Source: Eubacteriales bacterium (lineage in GTDB: Bacteria > Bacillota > Clostridia > Oscillospirales > CAG-272). Taken from it: a stretch of DNA of 56,381 nt. The DNA lies in contig JAZQXS010000159.1 of NCBI GenBank assembly GCA_045633025.1, forward strand, positions 1 to 56,381, in the 5' to 3' direction. Shown here one piece after another: positions 35,991 to 45,787 of this stretch. Under the pieces are notes generated by a model. It did no database searches, had not been told where the DNA came from, and worked only from the letters and a program-made list of their open reading frames with translations. The translations under genes and the position numbers were made by a program. The number at the start of each line of letters is the position of its first letter. Position 1 is the first letter of the stretch.

Positions 35991-37769
35991 TCACTCGCCT
36001 CCGCTATCAATCCTTGCCTCGGTGGACTCGCCTCCATCACCGCTTGCAACGTCGTCAATCGTCTTTTTCGGTCTGCCGTTCTGCGGCGGCAATCCTCCGT
36101 TGGTGTCCTGCTTCATAGTATAAGAGGTAATCGGAGGAATGAGCATATCCAAGATGCCGCTTTCGTTAATGACGTGCATCATAGACATCTTATCAATCCA
36201 ACTGCTACCGTCCAACGCAGACAGAATGAAGTGCGCCGACGTATCACCGTTGGAAAGTGCGCTCTGCGCGTTCTCGCGGATTTTATCGTCCGTGTAGATG
36301 GTTCCGAACATCACAAACTCCCAATCGTAATTGAGATTGAGCGACTTGTATATGTGGTTCATCATGCGCGCGAACTGCGGGTAAATGGTTGCCGTGGAAA
36401 ACCGACTTTCAAGGAGTGCGGATTTCTCCACTTGCCCCGCCTTGACGTCCTCTGCAACTGGGATCAAGCCCGAAAGACCTGCCTTCTCCATTCCGTAGCG
36501 GTTGAAGGATTCGGAGATCTCATTTGCGTTCGCGCTCTCGGAAAAATCGTGGCTCGTGATGTTCTGAAGCGGCGCGGAATAAAGCGCGGTGCCTCCCGTG
36601 TTGTTGCGGGACATCAGCATATCGAAAAGCGTCTCAAACATGATCCGACCACCGTCCGACAGACGGAATTGATTGGGCGCGTTCGACATCTCCTCTTTTC
36701 GGTAGGGGATCTCGCCCGTGAAGATCTTGATAAGCGGATTGAGAAGCAGGGAAAGCTGTGCCGCCTCGTAATCGGCTTGCTGGGAATAGGTCAGCATCAA
36801 TCCCGAAAGCGGGGACGCGACAGCCGCCGTCGTGTCGTCGATCTCAAACACCCACGCTCTGTCGATGGGGAGTGTGACGAAGTACATCCAGCGACCGTCC
36901 TGCATCCACGTGCGGGGGGTTCCCGCGCCATTTCCGTCCACGTTCTGCGGATAGTATTCGATCATTTTGCCGTTTCGGTTCTTGACGGTCGGCGCGCTCG
37001 CATAAACCACCTTATCGGTCCTTCTTTCCTTGGGCGGCTGGAATACCTTGTTGAAATCCTCCACGAAGGGCAAAAACAGATCTCCGAATTGTCTCCAATC
37101 CGTACCCGGCTGAAGGAAGTACATCATATCAAACGATACCGTGTAGCCGCTTACGTTGTTGAATCCGATGAGGTAGGTCCAGTCGGATGGCAACTGCTGC
37201 AAAAAGGCGTAATTTACGGTGTTGTGCGTCTTATCCACCGAATACCGAGGGATATAGACCACCTTGCCCAGAGCGGTCGCCATGCCCGTTATTTTGTGCG
37301 CCGCAGAGGTCGGGTCAAGTACCTTGGCGAATTTATCCAGAAGCGTCGCCTCGCGCAAGAACGCTGGGCTTTGTGCCCTCTGTGCGTCCGCGTAGAGGGG
37401 CTTGGTGTAGTGATGGTAGGTCGGTATATCCTGATAGGTCTTTGCGACCTTGAAATATGGGTAAGCCGTCCATTTGAGGATCTGCGACGTCTGCCGAAGG
37501 GGGATCTCGTTGAAGTACGGCTCCCGCAGAAACGAGCCGATGGCTTCCTTGGTGTAGTCGTTCGGGAGAGACGAGATGGATTTTACACGCTGATTCTGGA
37601 TCTGCGGCTGGTTCGCCAGGTTCGCTCCCGCCCTTGAAAATGCGTTATAAATGGATTGTGCCGAAAGAACGCCCGCGTAGGAATCTGCGATCGCGTTGAA
37701 TCGTTCGATCACCTTTGATACCGTTGCGCGTCCACCGTTATTCGGCTTCTGCTTTTGCTTCGTTTCCAT
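35991..37769 (-). CDS. Portal protein candidate (592 aa)
   Basis: Size and position just downstream of the large terminase. Confidence 0.65.
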   Translation of the reverse strand: METKQKQKPNNGGRATVSKVIERFNAIADSYAGVLSAQSIYNAFSRAGANLANQPQIQNQRVKSISSLPNDYTKEAIGSFLREPYFNEIPLRQTSQILKWTAYPYFKVAKTYQDIPTYHHYTKPLYADAQRAQSPAFLREATLLDKFAKVLDPTSAAHKITGMATALGKVVYIPRYSVDKTHNTVNYAFLQQLPSDWTYLIGFNNVSGYTVSFDMMYFLQPGTDWRQFGDLFLPFVEDFNKVFQPPKERRTDKVVYASAPTVKNRNGKMIEYYPQNVDGNGAGTPRTWMQDGRWMYFVTLPIDRAWVFEIDDTTAAVASPLSGLMLTYSQQADYEAAQLSLLLNPLIKIFTGEIPYRKEEMSNAPNQFRLSDGGRIMFETLFDMLMSRNNTGGTALYSAPLQNITSHDFSESANANEISESFNRYGMEKAGLSGLIPVAEDVKAGQVEKSALLESRFSTATIYPQFARMMNHIYKSLNLNYDWEFVMFGTIYTDDKIRENAQSALSNGDTSAHFILSALDGSSWIDKMSMMHVINESGILDMLIPPITSYTMKQDTNGGLPPQNGRPKKTIDDVASGDGGESTEARIDSGGE

Positions 37770-38082
37770 CGGTCAATGCCTCCTTCTCTCGTTTTAGTTC
37801 CTGCTCCAGAATATCCATCAGTCGGTTCATGTCTTGCGCGGCTTCCTCCGCGCTCTTGCTCGCGTTCTTCATCGCAACGCAAAGGCGGGAATTGGAAAGC
37901 CATGCTTGCTCGCGCCTCGAAAGCGTCTGTTGCTCTGCCTCCTTCATCACCCGAAAATCCCCCTCGGGCTTCGTTTGACTGAACACAAGCACGCGCGCCA
38001 TCTTCGGGTCGCAAAACGAATATTGAATTTTTTTCGCAACGCCTTGGATCGCTCCAACGTAAACGCGGTACGCTCTCATCAT
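37738..38082 (-). CDS. Hypothetical protein (114 aa)
   Basis: ATGA start/stop overlap with the terminase gene. Confidence 0.45.
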   Translation of the reverse strand: MMRAYRVYVGAIQGVAKKIQYSFCDPKMARVLVFSQTKPEGDFRVMKEAEQQTLSRREQAWLSNSRLCVAMKNASKSAEEAAQDMNRLMDILEQELKREKEALTDGNEAKAEAE

Positions 38083-39794
38083 CTTCTCCTTAACGATAAC
38101 AGATTTGATCTTGTATTTCCGTTCCTTGCGACGTTCGCCACGTGACCCTGAGAAAAGCTCTCGATCACACTGTCCCAGTCGGAACGGGGCTTGTATTTAT
38201 CCTTTTTGAGATCCGCCTCCAATATCTGAGCCATGCGAAGTGCATATTTGAGTGCGGACCAAAGGTCTCGCTGGATCGACTTTGATTTCCGTTCTTCCTT
38301 CAACGTGACTCCGCTTACCTTGGTTCGGAGGTTTGCTATCTGCTGACAAAGGAGATCGGTCTGCTTGTACGGCATGGCAATTTTACCGTCCGCAAAATTG
38401 TCACGTATCCCGTGGTAATTCCTGTACGCCTCGATGCCGTCCAACACGCTGGAGGTCAGAAGCTCCACGTTCCCCTGCTCAAACTCGATCTGCGCGTATT
38501 TTATCATCTCACCGTCCGCGTCGTTCGTTCCGCGCGACCCTGCCTTCATCGGGTAGATCACGGGAAGCGCGTCGGGCTGCTCGATCTCGGTGAACGCCAT
38601 GTGATTTACACAGCAAAGAGGCGGTGTACCGTCTGCCGACGGCTTCATCAGCTCCTCCACGACCTCCGTACCGTATTGCCACGTATCGACCACCAGATAG
38701 GTCGTTTGCGCGCCGTTTAGACAATACCGAAGCCAAAGCTCCTTGATCCTCTGCGCTTGCAGATATGCCGTCTTGGGCGGTGGGTAATTGTCCGCATATA
38801 CCACTTGCTTTCGGTACTTATCGCGCTTGTACTGCTCGGTGTATGGCGTTAGCTTCAAAACAATATCCGCACACTTTGCGTTCTTTTTGTCGTCCACGTA
38901 AGAAACGTCGTGAGAAACAACGTAGATTGGTTCGGTCTTGCCGCAGTGACGGTCTTCCATCGCCATCAGCTTTCTCGACTTGGTCAAGAGATCATCGCTA
39001 ATCATTGGATTTTCGCCTTCTCCCACGTACCGTGCGCACATTTCTCGCAACCAGTCGTTTTGAGAAAGTTTTGCTTTCATGTCCTTTATATAGTTAATGC
39101 CACGCAAATTACCTATTAAAGCGACTTCCCACGGAAAATCCATGGCAATTCCGTCGTAAGGATCCCCGTACATCATTTCCTTTATAACGCTCGCCCTATG
39201 AACCGTATATGCTCTGTTTTGCTTGGAACACGCATTCGAAATATGCGAATGCTGGGAATTGATGTGCGCACGATCGCTCTCTTGGTTCACCATTCTTTCA
39301 ATTCGGCATGTCGGAAGTATGTCTTTTTCGTACTTCTCCATGTCAAATCCATCCTCACCTTCCTGTCCGATCTCCTCAGCCACCGTATCAGCGCAGTTGT
39401 CTCCGCGAGGAGTGTACATCGTCAGTTCACTTCCATACGCCGTAGCGATTCTGAACATATCGGTTCGGTCGTTTTTGACCTGCCAATGCATGGCTATAAT
39501 CGGATAGTCCTTTTCGATTTGGTGAAAAGCCTGTGTCGCCAATGCCGCTGCTTGCTTTTGATTTGGCGCATTGTAACGCATGATCTCTCCCGGATAAAGA
39601 ATCCCCTTTATCATTTTGCTCAAGATCTTGGTATAGGTCTTAGTAAGACCTCTGCACCCTGTTATGTAGTTATCTTTGAATACCGCATCAATGCGCATCA
39701 TCATCCTTTGCGGCAATTCAAGTTTATATGTGGAATTTGGATCTCGGCATATATCCGCAAAAATATCGGGAAACCATCTAAAGAAGGAAATCAA
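38079..39794 (-). CDS. terL: Terminase large subunit (N-terminus unresolved, see findings)
   Basis: Walker-A-like GCRGLTKTY, acidic ATPase motifs, C-terminal nuclease-like region, and position upstream of the portal. Confidence 0.7.
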   Translation of the reverse strand: MISFFRWFPDIFADICRDPNSTYKLELPQRMMMRIDAVFKDNYITGCRGLTKTYTKILSKMIKGILYPGEIMRYNAPNQKQAAALATQAFHQIEKDYPIIAMHWQVKNDRTDMFRIATAYGSELTMYTPRGDNCADTVAEEIGQEGEDGFDMEKYEKDILPTCRIERMVNQESDRAHINSQHSHISNACSKQNRAYTVHRASVIKEMMYGDPYDGIAMDFPWEVALIGNLRGINYIKDMKAKLSQNDWLREMCARYVGEGENPMISDDLLTKSRKLMAMEDRHCGKTEPIYVVSHDVSYVDDKKNAKCADIVLKLTPYTEQYKRDKYRKQVVYADNYPPPKTAYLQAQRIKELWLRYCLNGAQTTYLVVDTWQYGTEVVEELMKPSADGTPPLCCVNHMAFTEIEQPDALPVIYPMKAGSRGTNDADGEMIKYAQIEFEQGNVELLTSSVLDGIEAYRNYHGIRDNFADGKIAMPYKQTDLLCQQIANLRTKVSGVTLKEERKSKSIQRDLWSALKYALRMAQILEADLKKDKYKPRSDWDSVIESFSQGHVANVARNGNTRSNLLSLRRR

Positions 39795-39956
39795 AAATGC
39801 CGCCGATTCCTGGTCAAGTGTATCATAATCAAAAATGCTTTCCTTCTGCGTTTTAATCCATTTCCCAAGTTTTTTAGAGTAGGTTTTCCCTTCTCCTACG
39901 CATAGCCCGTAGGCATTCTAAATCACCTCCATATTTTGTTGCGTGATAACATCTAC

Positions 39957-41006
39957 TCAACCGTCCTCAAATTGCACGGTAGTCAAACCAGCATAGCGGA
40001 TTTTAGCAATTTCTTCATCAGAAGGTGTCTCCTCAAATTCAGATTGGCAATCTTCTAAATTCATATCGTTTGGAAGTGTAGTGAGCATTTCTTCATCCGC
40101 GTTTGCTCGAAAGGCATTTACGTAGGTAAAAATCATTTTGTGGACGGCATCAACTGTCATTGGATATTTTTTGGCTTTGAGTCTTTTTACAATCGCGTCA
40201 ATTGTTTCATCAAAAGTAAGAAGCTTTCCTTCCTTCATCAAGCCGTTGTTTTCAAGGGACTTTACCAAGGCATCAACCTTCATCTGCTCGGTCTCTTTTG
40301 CATCTTTTGCCAACAGCCCGTCCCCTTCAAGAAGCATTTTTCGCAAGGATGCGCTGTCTTTTGCGTCCTTATGCTTGTTATCCTTAATCAGTGCTTTTAT
40401 TTTCAGATCAAGCTCGGCAACGGTTTTGATCGTGTTTTCCTGTTGAGGATTGAGAGACCATCCCTTGTAAAATTCCGTCAAAGCAGAATATAGTCTGTCA
40501 AGTTCGTTGTATTCGTCGGTCGAGTAGTCATTTCCCCATCGGGATCTCTGTCGCTCCGTTCCCTCAAGGCTGTCGATCAATTCCTGCTCATACTGCACGA
40601 ATTTCGCAAAATCACGCTCGGAGAAATTCTTTCCAAAGATACGCAGGATGTTGGTCACACCGTCAAAGAAGTTCGGCGTTTCCTCTCCATCCTCATAAAG
40701 CTTCGTTTTCTCGATTTGTCGGAGATAGTAGACCCAAATGCCGTCCTTTGCTTCCTCGTTTTTCAAAAACTCGGTGGAATTGACGTTTTCGGGAAGGAGC
40801 ATGGGGTCGCACGGAACATCGTACCGTATGCAGCAAAAATAAATGGCAAGGTGCGTTCCGCTTGTTGCTTGCAAGCGTTCAAAATACGCCTGTTGGCATT
40901 TTTTGCAAAACGGGTTCAGCCCATTTTCCGTCTCCGCGTAAAACGAATTATGCTCGTTCAGTTCGTCCCCGCAACAGACGCACGTATATTTCTGCTTTTT
41001 AGCCAT
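39957..41006 (-). CDS. Zinc-ribbon protein, candidate small terminase subunit (349 aa)
   Basis: First gene of the late operon, directly upstream of terL. CVCCG...CKKC N-terminus. Confidence 0.4.
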   Translation of the reverse strand: MAKKQKYTCVCCGDELNEHNSFYAETENGLNPFCKKCQQAYFERLQATSGTHLAIYFCCIRYDVPCDPMLLPENVNSTEFLKNEEAKDGIWVYYLRQIEKTKLYEDGEETPNFFDGVTNILRIFGKNFSERDFAKFVQYEQELIDSLEGTERQRSRWGNDYSTDEYNELDRLYSALTEFYKGWSLNPQQENTIKTVAELDLKIKALIKDNKHKDAKDSASLRKMLLEGDGLLAKDAKETEQMKVDALVKSLENNGLMKEGKLLTFDETIDAIVKRLKAKKYPMTVDAVHKMIFTYVNAFRANADEEMLTTLPNDMNLEDCQSEFEETPSDEEIAKIRYAGLTTVQFEDG

Positions 41007-41071
41007 GATTCTCCTCCCTCTTTAAGAATTTCCATTGCCTCGGAAAGTGATCGTTCATTTCGGCACGAACA

Positions 41072-41111
41072 CAAAAAAGACCAAGTGATCGTACATCCAA
41101 TCACTTGGTCT
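41072..41111 (-). terminator. Intrinsic terminator between the late promoter and the first late gene
   Basis: On the minus strand, AGACCAAGTGAT-loop-ATCACTTGGTCT followed by TTTTTTG. Confidence 0.65.
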
Positions 41112-41215
41112 TAATTCGGCTCACCACGGCATACCTACCCCATACCCATAAGAAGATCAAATGATTGGTGGCAAGATAGATGCCGAAATGAAAGAAATAT
41201 TTAGTTTTCGACTGT

Positions 41216-41244
41216 ATTATACCATCGCGTGATTGCTTTGTCAA
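41216..41244 (-). promoter_or_regulatory. Consensus promoter (late operon)
   Basis: On the minus strand, TTGACA (41244-41239), a 17-bp spacer ending in TG, then TATAAT (41221-41216). Confidence 0.65.
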
Positions 41245-41477
41245 TACTTTTTTTCAAAAAAATTCTTTTTTTCTAAAAAAAGTTTTGTAACACCTCCGCA
41301 ATCCTCGCAAGCGATGATAACGGGAAAAAAATCGGTGATACAAGCCTTTATCTCGCGCCCTTGCTTTCGGACTGTTACCACTTCCCCACAACGGACGCAA
41401 ATAATATTATTGCAAACTTTCCCGTCCTTGTTGTGTTTGCACTTAACAACATGCGTTTTTTCAGTCTTTTCTTCCAT
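41241..41477 (-). CDS. Zinc-ribbon protein (78 aa), last early gene before the late promoter
   Basis: CxxC pairs (CVRCG and CEDCG). Confidence 0.5.
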   Translation of the reverse strand: MEEKTEKTHVVKCKHNKDGKVCNNIICVRCGEVVTVRKQGREIKACITDFFPVIIACEDCGGVTKLFLEKKNFFEKKY

Positions 41478-42078
41478 TCAAGTTCTCCGTTTTCAAAAAG
41501 TCCTCAAATTTCTGCATTGCCTTCAGTTGGTTCTCGGTTGGAAATTTCCCGCTTTTTGGCTTTGGCGCGTAGGTCAGATGCTTGGAAAAAAGATCGGAAA
41601 CGAATTTTCGCGCGTTCTTTTCGCCTTGCTTCAATCCGTCGTGATACCCTCTTGCTTCCTTCTGCGTCCCCAACGACCGCTTTCCGACACCCTGCGATCC
41701 CGTCGTTTGATTGCGAAGCTGATACCCTGCATCGGCGGCTTTCTTGATGTAGATCTGCTCCTGCTCGTCACACTCCTCGGGAGCGCAAACGCACATAACC
41801 GATACTTTGTAGCCGTGTGGATTCTTTTCGGCGTCGTAAAGACCGTGCTTTCGGATGGAGTTGTCAATGCCTTGGTATGTGGAAAGATGCTCGGCACACC
41901 GCTTCAAGAGATTTTTTGTGGCTTGCCCGATATACGCAAACTTGAAGCCGTCCTCGTCCACGCGGTGAAAGCAGTAGATCCCACTCGTTTCGGGGCAATC
42001 GGGGCAGACCTTGAGGATGCGCTTCTGATCGTCACGCTTTCGGGCGTATATCTGTTTCCAGTTTGGTTGTTTTCCCAT
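41461..42078 (-). CDS. GIY-YIG nuclease domain protein
   Basis: SGIYCF...FAYIGQATKNLLKRCAEH matches the GIY...YIG...R...E pattern. Confidence 0.7.
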   Translation of the reverse strand: MGKQPNWKQIYARKRDDQKRILKVCPDCPETSGIYCFHRVDEDGFKFAYIGQATKNLLKRCAEHLSTYQGIDNSIRKHGLYDAEKNPHGYKVSVMCVCAPEECDEQEQIYIKKAADAGYQLRNQTTGSQGVGKRSLGTQKEARGYHDGLKQGEKNARKFVSDLFSKHLTYAPKPKSGKFPTENQLKAMQKFEDFLKTENLNGRKD

Positions 42079-42081
42079 TCG

Positions 42082-42594
42082 TTAAAACGGCAAATCGCCT
42101 TTATCCTTTCGTTTATTTTTCTTTGTGATTTCAGGAGGATCGGAACGTGCGATCTCTACTTGGAGCTTGGCAAAATCATCGCCGTCGGTACCGAGGAACA
42201 ATCGGAGCTTCCGCGTGATCGGGTCTATGGAGGGAATCTGTATCTCGCGGTAGGTCGCTCCTTCTTCCTCGCTTTTTCGTTCCCACAACGTCCCCCAAAA
42301 GGCAATCGTTTCCTCGTTTTGCAAGGTTCGCGCGAATGCGTAAAGAAGTTCCTGCTTGTTCTTGACACCGTACACCGCACAATTTACCATTTGGGGCTTA
42401 TATACGTTTTCCCCCGTTTCCTCATTCTTCTCGATGATAGTGCCGACATTGAGGGAAAACATCACCTTCGGCACCTTTTTTTCACCGAATGCGAGAGATT
42501 CGTGGACGGCGGGATTGCCCTGCTTTGCAACCACAACCCCGTCCCCACAAATGTTCCAGCGACCGTATTTATCTTGCTGCTGGAATATGCTCAT
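42082..42594 (-). CDS. Putative non-canonical ssDNA-binding protein with an SSB-type C-terminal tip (GDLPF)
   Basis: 170 aa, adjacent to recT. Basic/acidic tail ending DKGDLPF. Confidence 0.45.
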   Translation of the reverse strand: MSIFQQQDKYGRWNICGDGVVVAKQGNPAVHESLAFGEKKVPKVMFSLNVGTIIEKNEETGENVYKPQMVNCAVYGVKNKQELLYAFARTLQNEETIAFWGTLWERKSEEEGATYREIQIPSIDPITRKLRLFLGTDGDDFAKLQVEIARSDPPEITKKNKRKDKGDLPF

Positions 42595-42600
42595 AGGCGT

Positions 42601-43626
42601 TTACTCCTGTGCAATACTGTTAAAAAAGTCATCCGTCTCATTGAAATTGACGGGCTTCTTTTCTGTCGGTACGCTCTTTTTGCGCGCCTTTTTTTCGGGC
42701 TTTGCTTCGGGTTCAACTGCCGAGGATTTCTCGTCGCTTGACAAGTCCTCTCCTTCGCTTCCGTCAAAAAATTCGGCTTCGGTCGCTTCCTTTTCCACTG
42801 CGATAGCCTGTGCCAAGCCCTCGGACTCGATCTCAAATTCCTTTTCCTCGGCGGTTTTCATTTCGATGGACTTGGGCGCGTTCTTCAAAAGCATACGGAG
42901 AGCGAGATTGCAAGCCATCGTGTCGAAGTGCTGAATCCACGGCGTTTCGGCTTTCTTTTCCTCTTTCCAGCCGTTGAGTGCCTCACCACGCTGGATCTTC
43001 TCGTAGAGTGCAACGTCGAACGCCTTGCTGAAGCGTGCCGCGTGCGCGATCGCCTTGGACTTGGGAACGTAGATGCACTTGAAAAATCCGTTGCTTAATT
43101 CAAAGTACGCATAGTAGCCAATGATCGCCTTGGTCTCGCGCAGATCATCGTCCTCGATGAAGTCGATCACAGGCTTTCCCGTGCGCTTGTCCTTTCCCTT
43201 GTATTCGCCCTCTCGGATCTCGATTACGTCAAGATCCTTGTACTGTCCAGAGCGATATGCGAGCTGGAGTCTGCCGCCCGTCATGATCTGGAACTGTGCC
43301 TTGTAGGATTCATAATCCTGCAACTGCGAGTTCCACTTGGAGCCGTAAGGAACCATTGCGTACTCACCGAGCGCGGGAGACGGGGAAAGTTCCAAAGCCT
43401 CCCCCTGCAACGCCGAAGAAAGCACAGACGCGGGGTCACACTTCTGCAAGGTGGGATTGGCACTGACCGCCGACACCACAGCCGCGACGAAGCGATTGGC
43501 TCTCTTGGTATCTTTGAGCGTGGAATTGATGAGGTTCTGATACGCGGGCGTCTGAATCGCCTGACTAAAGGTCATTTTCTTGTTGCCGCCCTCCTGCTGG
43601 GGCGCGAGACTGTTTTTTACTGCCAT
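42601..43626 (-). CDS. recT: RecT-family single-strand annealing protein
   Basis: N-terminal pattern QNLINSTLKDTKRANRFVAAVVSAVSANPTLQKCDPASVLSSALQGEALELSP and the context with a YqaJ exonuclease and SSB. Confidence 0.75.
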   Translation of the reverse strand: MAVKNSLAPQQEGGNKKMTFSQAIQTPAYQNLINSTLKDTKRANRFVAAVVSAVSANPTLQKCDPASVLSSALQGEALELSPSPALGEYAMVPYGSKWNSQLQDYESYKAQFQIMTGGRLQLAYRSGQYKDLDVIEIREGEYKGKDKRTGKPVIDFIEDDDLRETKAIIGYYAYFELSNGFFKCIYVPKSKAIAHAARFSKAFDVALYEKIQRGEALNGWKEEKKAETPWIQHFDTMACNLALRMLLKNAPKSIEMKTAEEKEFEIESEGLAQAIAVEKEATEAEFFDGSEGEDLSSDEKSSAVEPEAKPEKKARKKSVPTEKKPVNFNETDDFFNSIAQE

Positions 43627-43638
43627 TTTGCTTCTCCT

Positions 43639-44571
43639 TTACGCTTTTCCATATTTGATTTTATTTTCCACCAAAAACTCTTTGAGCTTTTGGAGTTGCG
43701 ACTTGGTGCATTCCACGCGGAATGCGATGGAAACGGTTTCTTCGTCCTCGTCCGTAGATGGCTCTAAAATCGTTTCTACGGGCTTTTGAGGCTCGGGTGT
43801 CATATCTGCCCGCGTTTCGGATTTTGGCTTCTCCTGCAAAGCCTGCGACTGTCTCTGTGCCTCGTTTACTTGCTTTTGGATCTTCAAACGCTCGTTGTAA
43901 GAGATTGCCGCCGTAAGATCGTGGCACTTGGCATAGTAGTCGAGGAGTGACACCTCAAATTCACTGCCGAGCATCCGAATGGCGCGAACCTCATCCTTGA
44001 CGCGATCTGCGATCTTCTTAAGCTCGTCCACAATCTTATCGCGCTTGGCGGTTCGGTTCGTCCATTTCGGGTCAAACACACTCTCCCACGGACGATAGCT
44101 CAGGTGTTCCTCTCCGATCTCGGTCTCATAGACCAAGCGGAGCGAATTTTCCTTATTGCGCTTTTCGGTTTCCTCAAAGGATTTCACCTGCGCGGCAATC
44201 GGCTCGATCACGGCAGTAAATTCCTCAACGAGCTTTTTCACGTCAACCTCAAAGGCTTTCAGCGGCTTGTCCCAGTTCTTTTTCACGTCCTTGCGCTGGG
44301 AGTCGATGAGCTCCATCTGCTTGCGGAGATTTGCCAGCGTAGATTTTGCATCGTCCACGGTGTCCTCTGTCACAACGAGGTTTCGATATTTGTCAAGTGC
44401 ATCGGAGAGCTGACGGCGGACCTCGGCGGCATTGGAAAGGATCGCTGCGGGGAGTGCCGTGATGTACCCATCGTCCACCATGAAGGCGACCTCGCGTACA
44501 AAGTGCTGGTCGATGTTCTGCGACTCCTCCAGCGTTTGGAGCGCGGCGGTGATGTCAAGTTCGGTGTTCAT
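43639..44571 (-). CDS. DUF1351-like protein
   Basis: Pattern KNWDKPLKAFEVDVKKL and position next to recT, as in many siphophages. Confidence 0.55.
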   Translation of the reverse strand: MNTELDITAALQTLEESQNIDQHFVREVAFMVDDGYITALPAAILSNAAEVRRQLSDALDKYRNLVVTEDTVDDAKSTLANLRKQMELIDSQRKDVKKNWDKPLKAFEVDVKKLVEEFTAVIEPIAAQVKSFEETEKRNKENSLRLVYETEIGEEHLSYRPWESVFDPKWTNRTAKRDKIVDELKKIADRVKDEVRAIRMLGSEFEVSLLDYYAKCHDLTAAISYNERLKIQKQVNEAQRQSQALQEKPKSETRADMTPEPQKPVETILEPSTDEDEETVSIAFRVECTKSQLQKLKEFLVENKIKYGKA

Positions 44572-44741
44572 CTTTTCCTTCTCACTTTCTGTTTTATCAT
44601 TTGAAAAATTTCCTTATATGGTTGAACGAGAAATAACACAATGTCTTTCACGGAAAAGATCCCTGCCAAAATTCCCAAAACTATCAATGGAAGCATAAGG
44701 ATCATCAAAAAAATAGTGAGAGCAATAAAAGCAATGTTCAT
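44568..44741 (-). CDS. Small membrane protein (57 aa)
   Basis: ATGA coupling with the upstream gene. MNIAFIALTIFLMILMLPLIVLGILAGIF. Confidence 0.45.
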   Translation of the reverse strand: MNIAFIALTIFLMILMLPLIVLGILAGIFSVKDIVLFLVQPYKEIFQMIKQKVRRKR

Positions 44742-44944
44742 TTCCCCTTCACCATTCTGTTGTACGCTCTCGCGCAAAGGCTGGAAAGCACACGAGATTC
44801 ATGCGGTGCTACGCAGGTGTCAAGCTCTGCCTTTTGCGGGCAGGACGCGCACCACGGCATCGCGCCACTCATGTCCTTTCCCATCTTCTCACTCTCGATG
44901 TACTTCTTCGCATCAAGCGACTTCTGTCTTTCGGTGTTTTTCAT
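44738..44944 (-). CDS. Hypothetical protein (68 aa)
   Basis: ORF in the operon. Confidence 0.4.
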   Translation of the reverse strand: MKNTERQKSLDAKKYIESEKMGKDMSGAMPWCASCPQKAELDTCVAPHESRVLSSLCARAYNRMVKGK

Positions 44945-44957
44945 GTTTTCTCCTTTC

Positions 44958-45764
44958 TTATGTAAAAACTTTCATACCGATTTGCTCACCATCAAAATTG
45001 AGCATTTTTTCTTTTGCATCAGTATAGAATTTTCTACTTACCTCAAATCCGTATGCCTTTCGGTTTATCTCGTGTGCCGCGCGAAGCGTGCTTGCACTCC
45101 CTGCGCAGGGATCGATCACAACGTCACCCTCATCGGTGAAAATCTCGATCAGGCGTTTCAAGACGTTCACGGGCTTTTGCGTGGGATGAATTTTCGGAAT
45201 CTCTTTTCCGTCGCGTTTCCACTCAATCCAATCGAAGATCATTCTTCCTGTTCCGCGAATGGGCTTTCCGTCCTCTCCGATCTGTCTGCCATTGTTGAAT
45301 TTTGGGAGTTTGTCTCGGTAAAGCACAACTGCAAACTCGGTAGCACCTACGATTTTCATATTTGCTTTCAGAACCTGAGCCGAATAGTTTTTGATGAAGA
45401 AAAGCGGATAGGAGTTCATAAAGCCGTATTTTTTTCCGTACTCAATGACGGTTGGGATCTGCTCAAACGCGCAGAATACGATCATTGCAGGAGCTTTTCC
45501 TTTCTCTTTCGGCTCCTTGATCAAGAGCCTACTGCAAAAGTGCATATACTCGGCAATCTTGAAATCGCCATCCCCATTGAAGAAAGCCGCCTTTGCGTGC
45601 TTGCTTTCTCCGTTTTTGTTATCGCCTCCCTCGTACCACATCGGATTGCTACCGTAAGCATTTACTCCAATGTTGTACGGAATATCCGCAATCACAAGCT
45701 GGGCTTTCTGAATGCCGTACCGTTTGTAGTTTTGAAAATTATCGTGATAAAGTTCACAGATCAT
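44958..45764 (-). CDS. DNA N6-adenine/N4-cytosine methyltransferase (beta class)
   Basis: DIPYN (DPPY-type motif IV) near the N-terminus and VIDPCAGSAST (motif I) near the C-terminus. Confidence 0.8.
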   Translation of the reverse strand: MICELYHDNFQNYKRYGIQKAQLVIADIPYNIGVNAYGSNPMWYEGGDNKNGESKHAKAAFFNGDGDFKIAEYMHFCSRLLIKEPKEKGKAPAMIVFCAFEQIPTVIEYGKKYGFMNSYPLFFIKNYSAQVLKANMKIVGATEFAVVLYRDKLPKFNNGRQIGEDGKPIRGTGRMIFDWIEWKRDGKEIPKIHPTQKPVNVLKRLIEIFTDEGDVVIDPCAGSASTLRAAHEINRKAYGFEVSRKFYTDAKEKMLNFDGEQIGMKVFT

Positions 45765-45787
45765 TTTTTGCTTCTTCCTTTCTGTTT

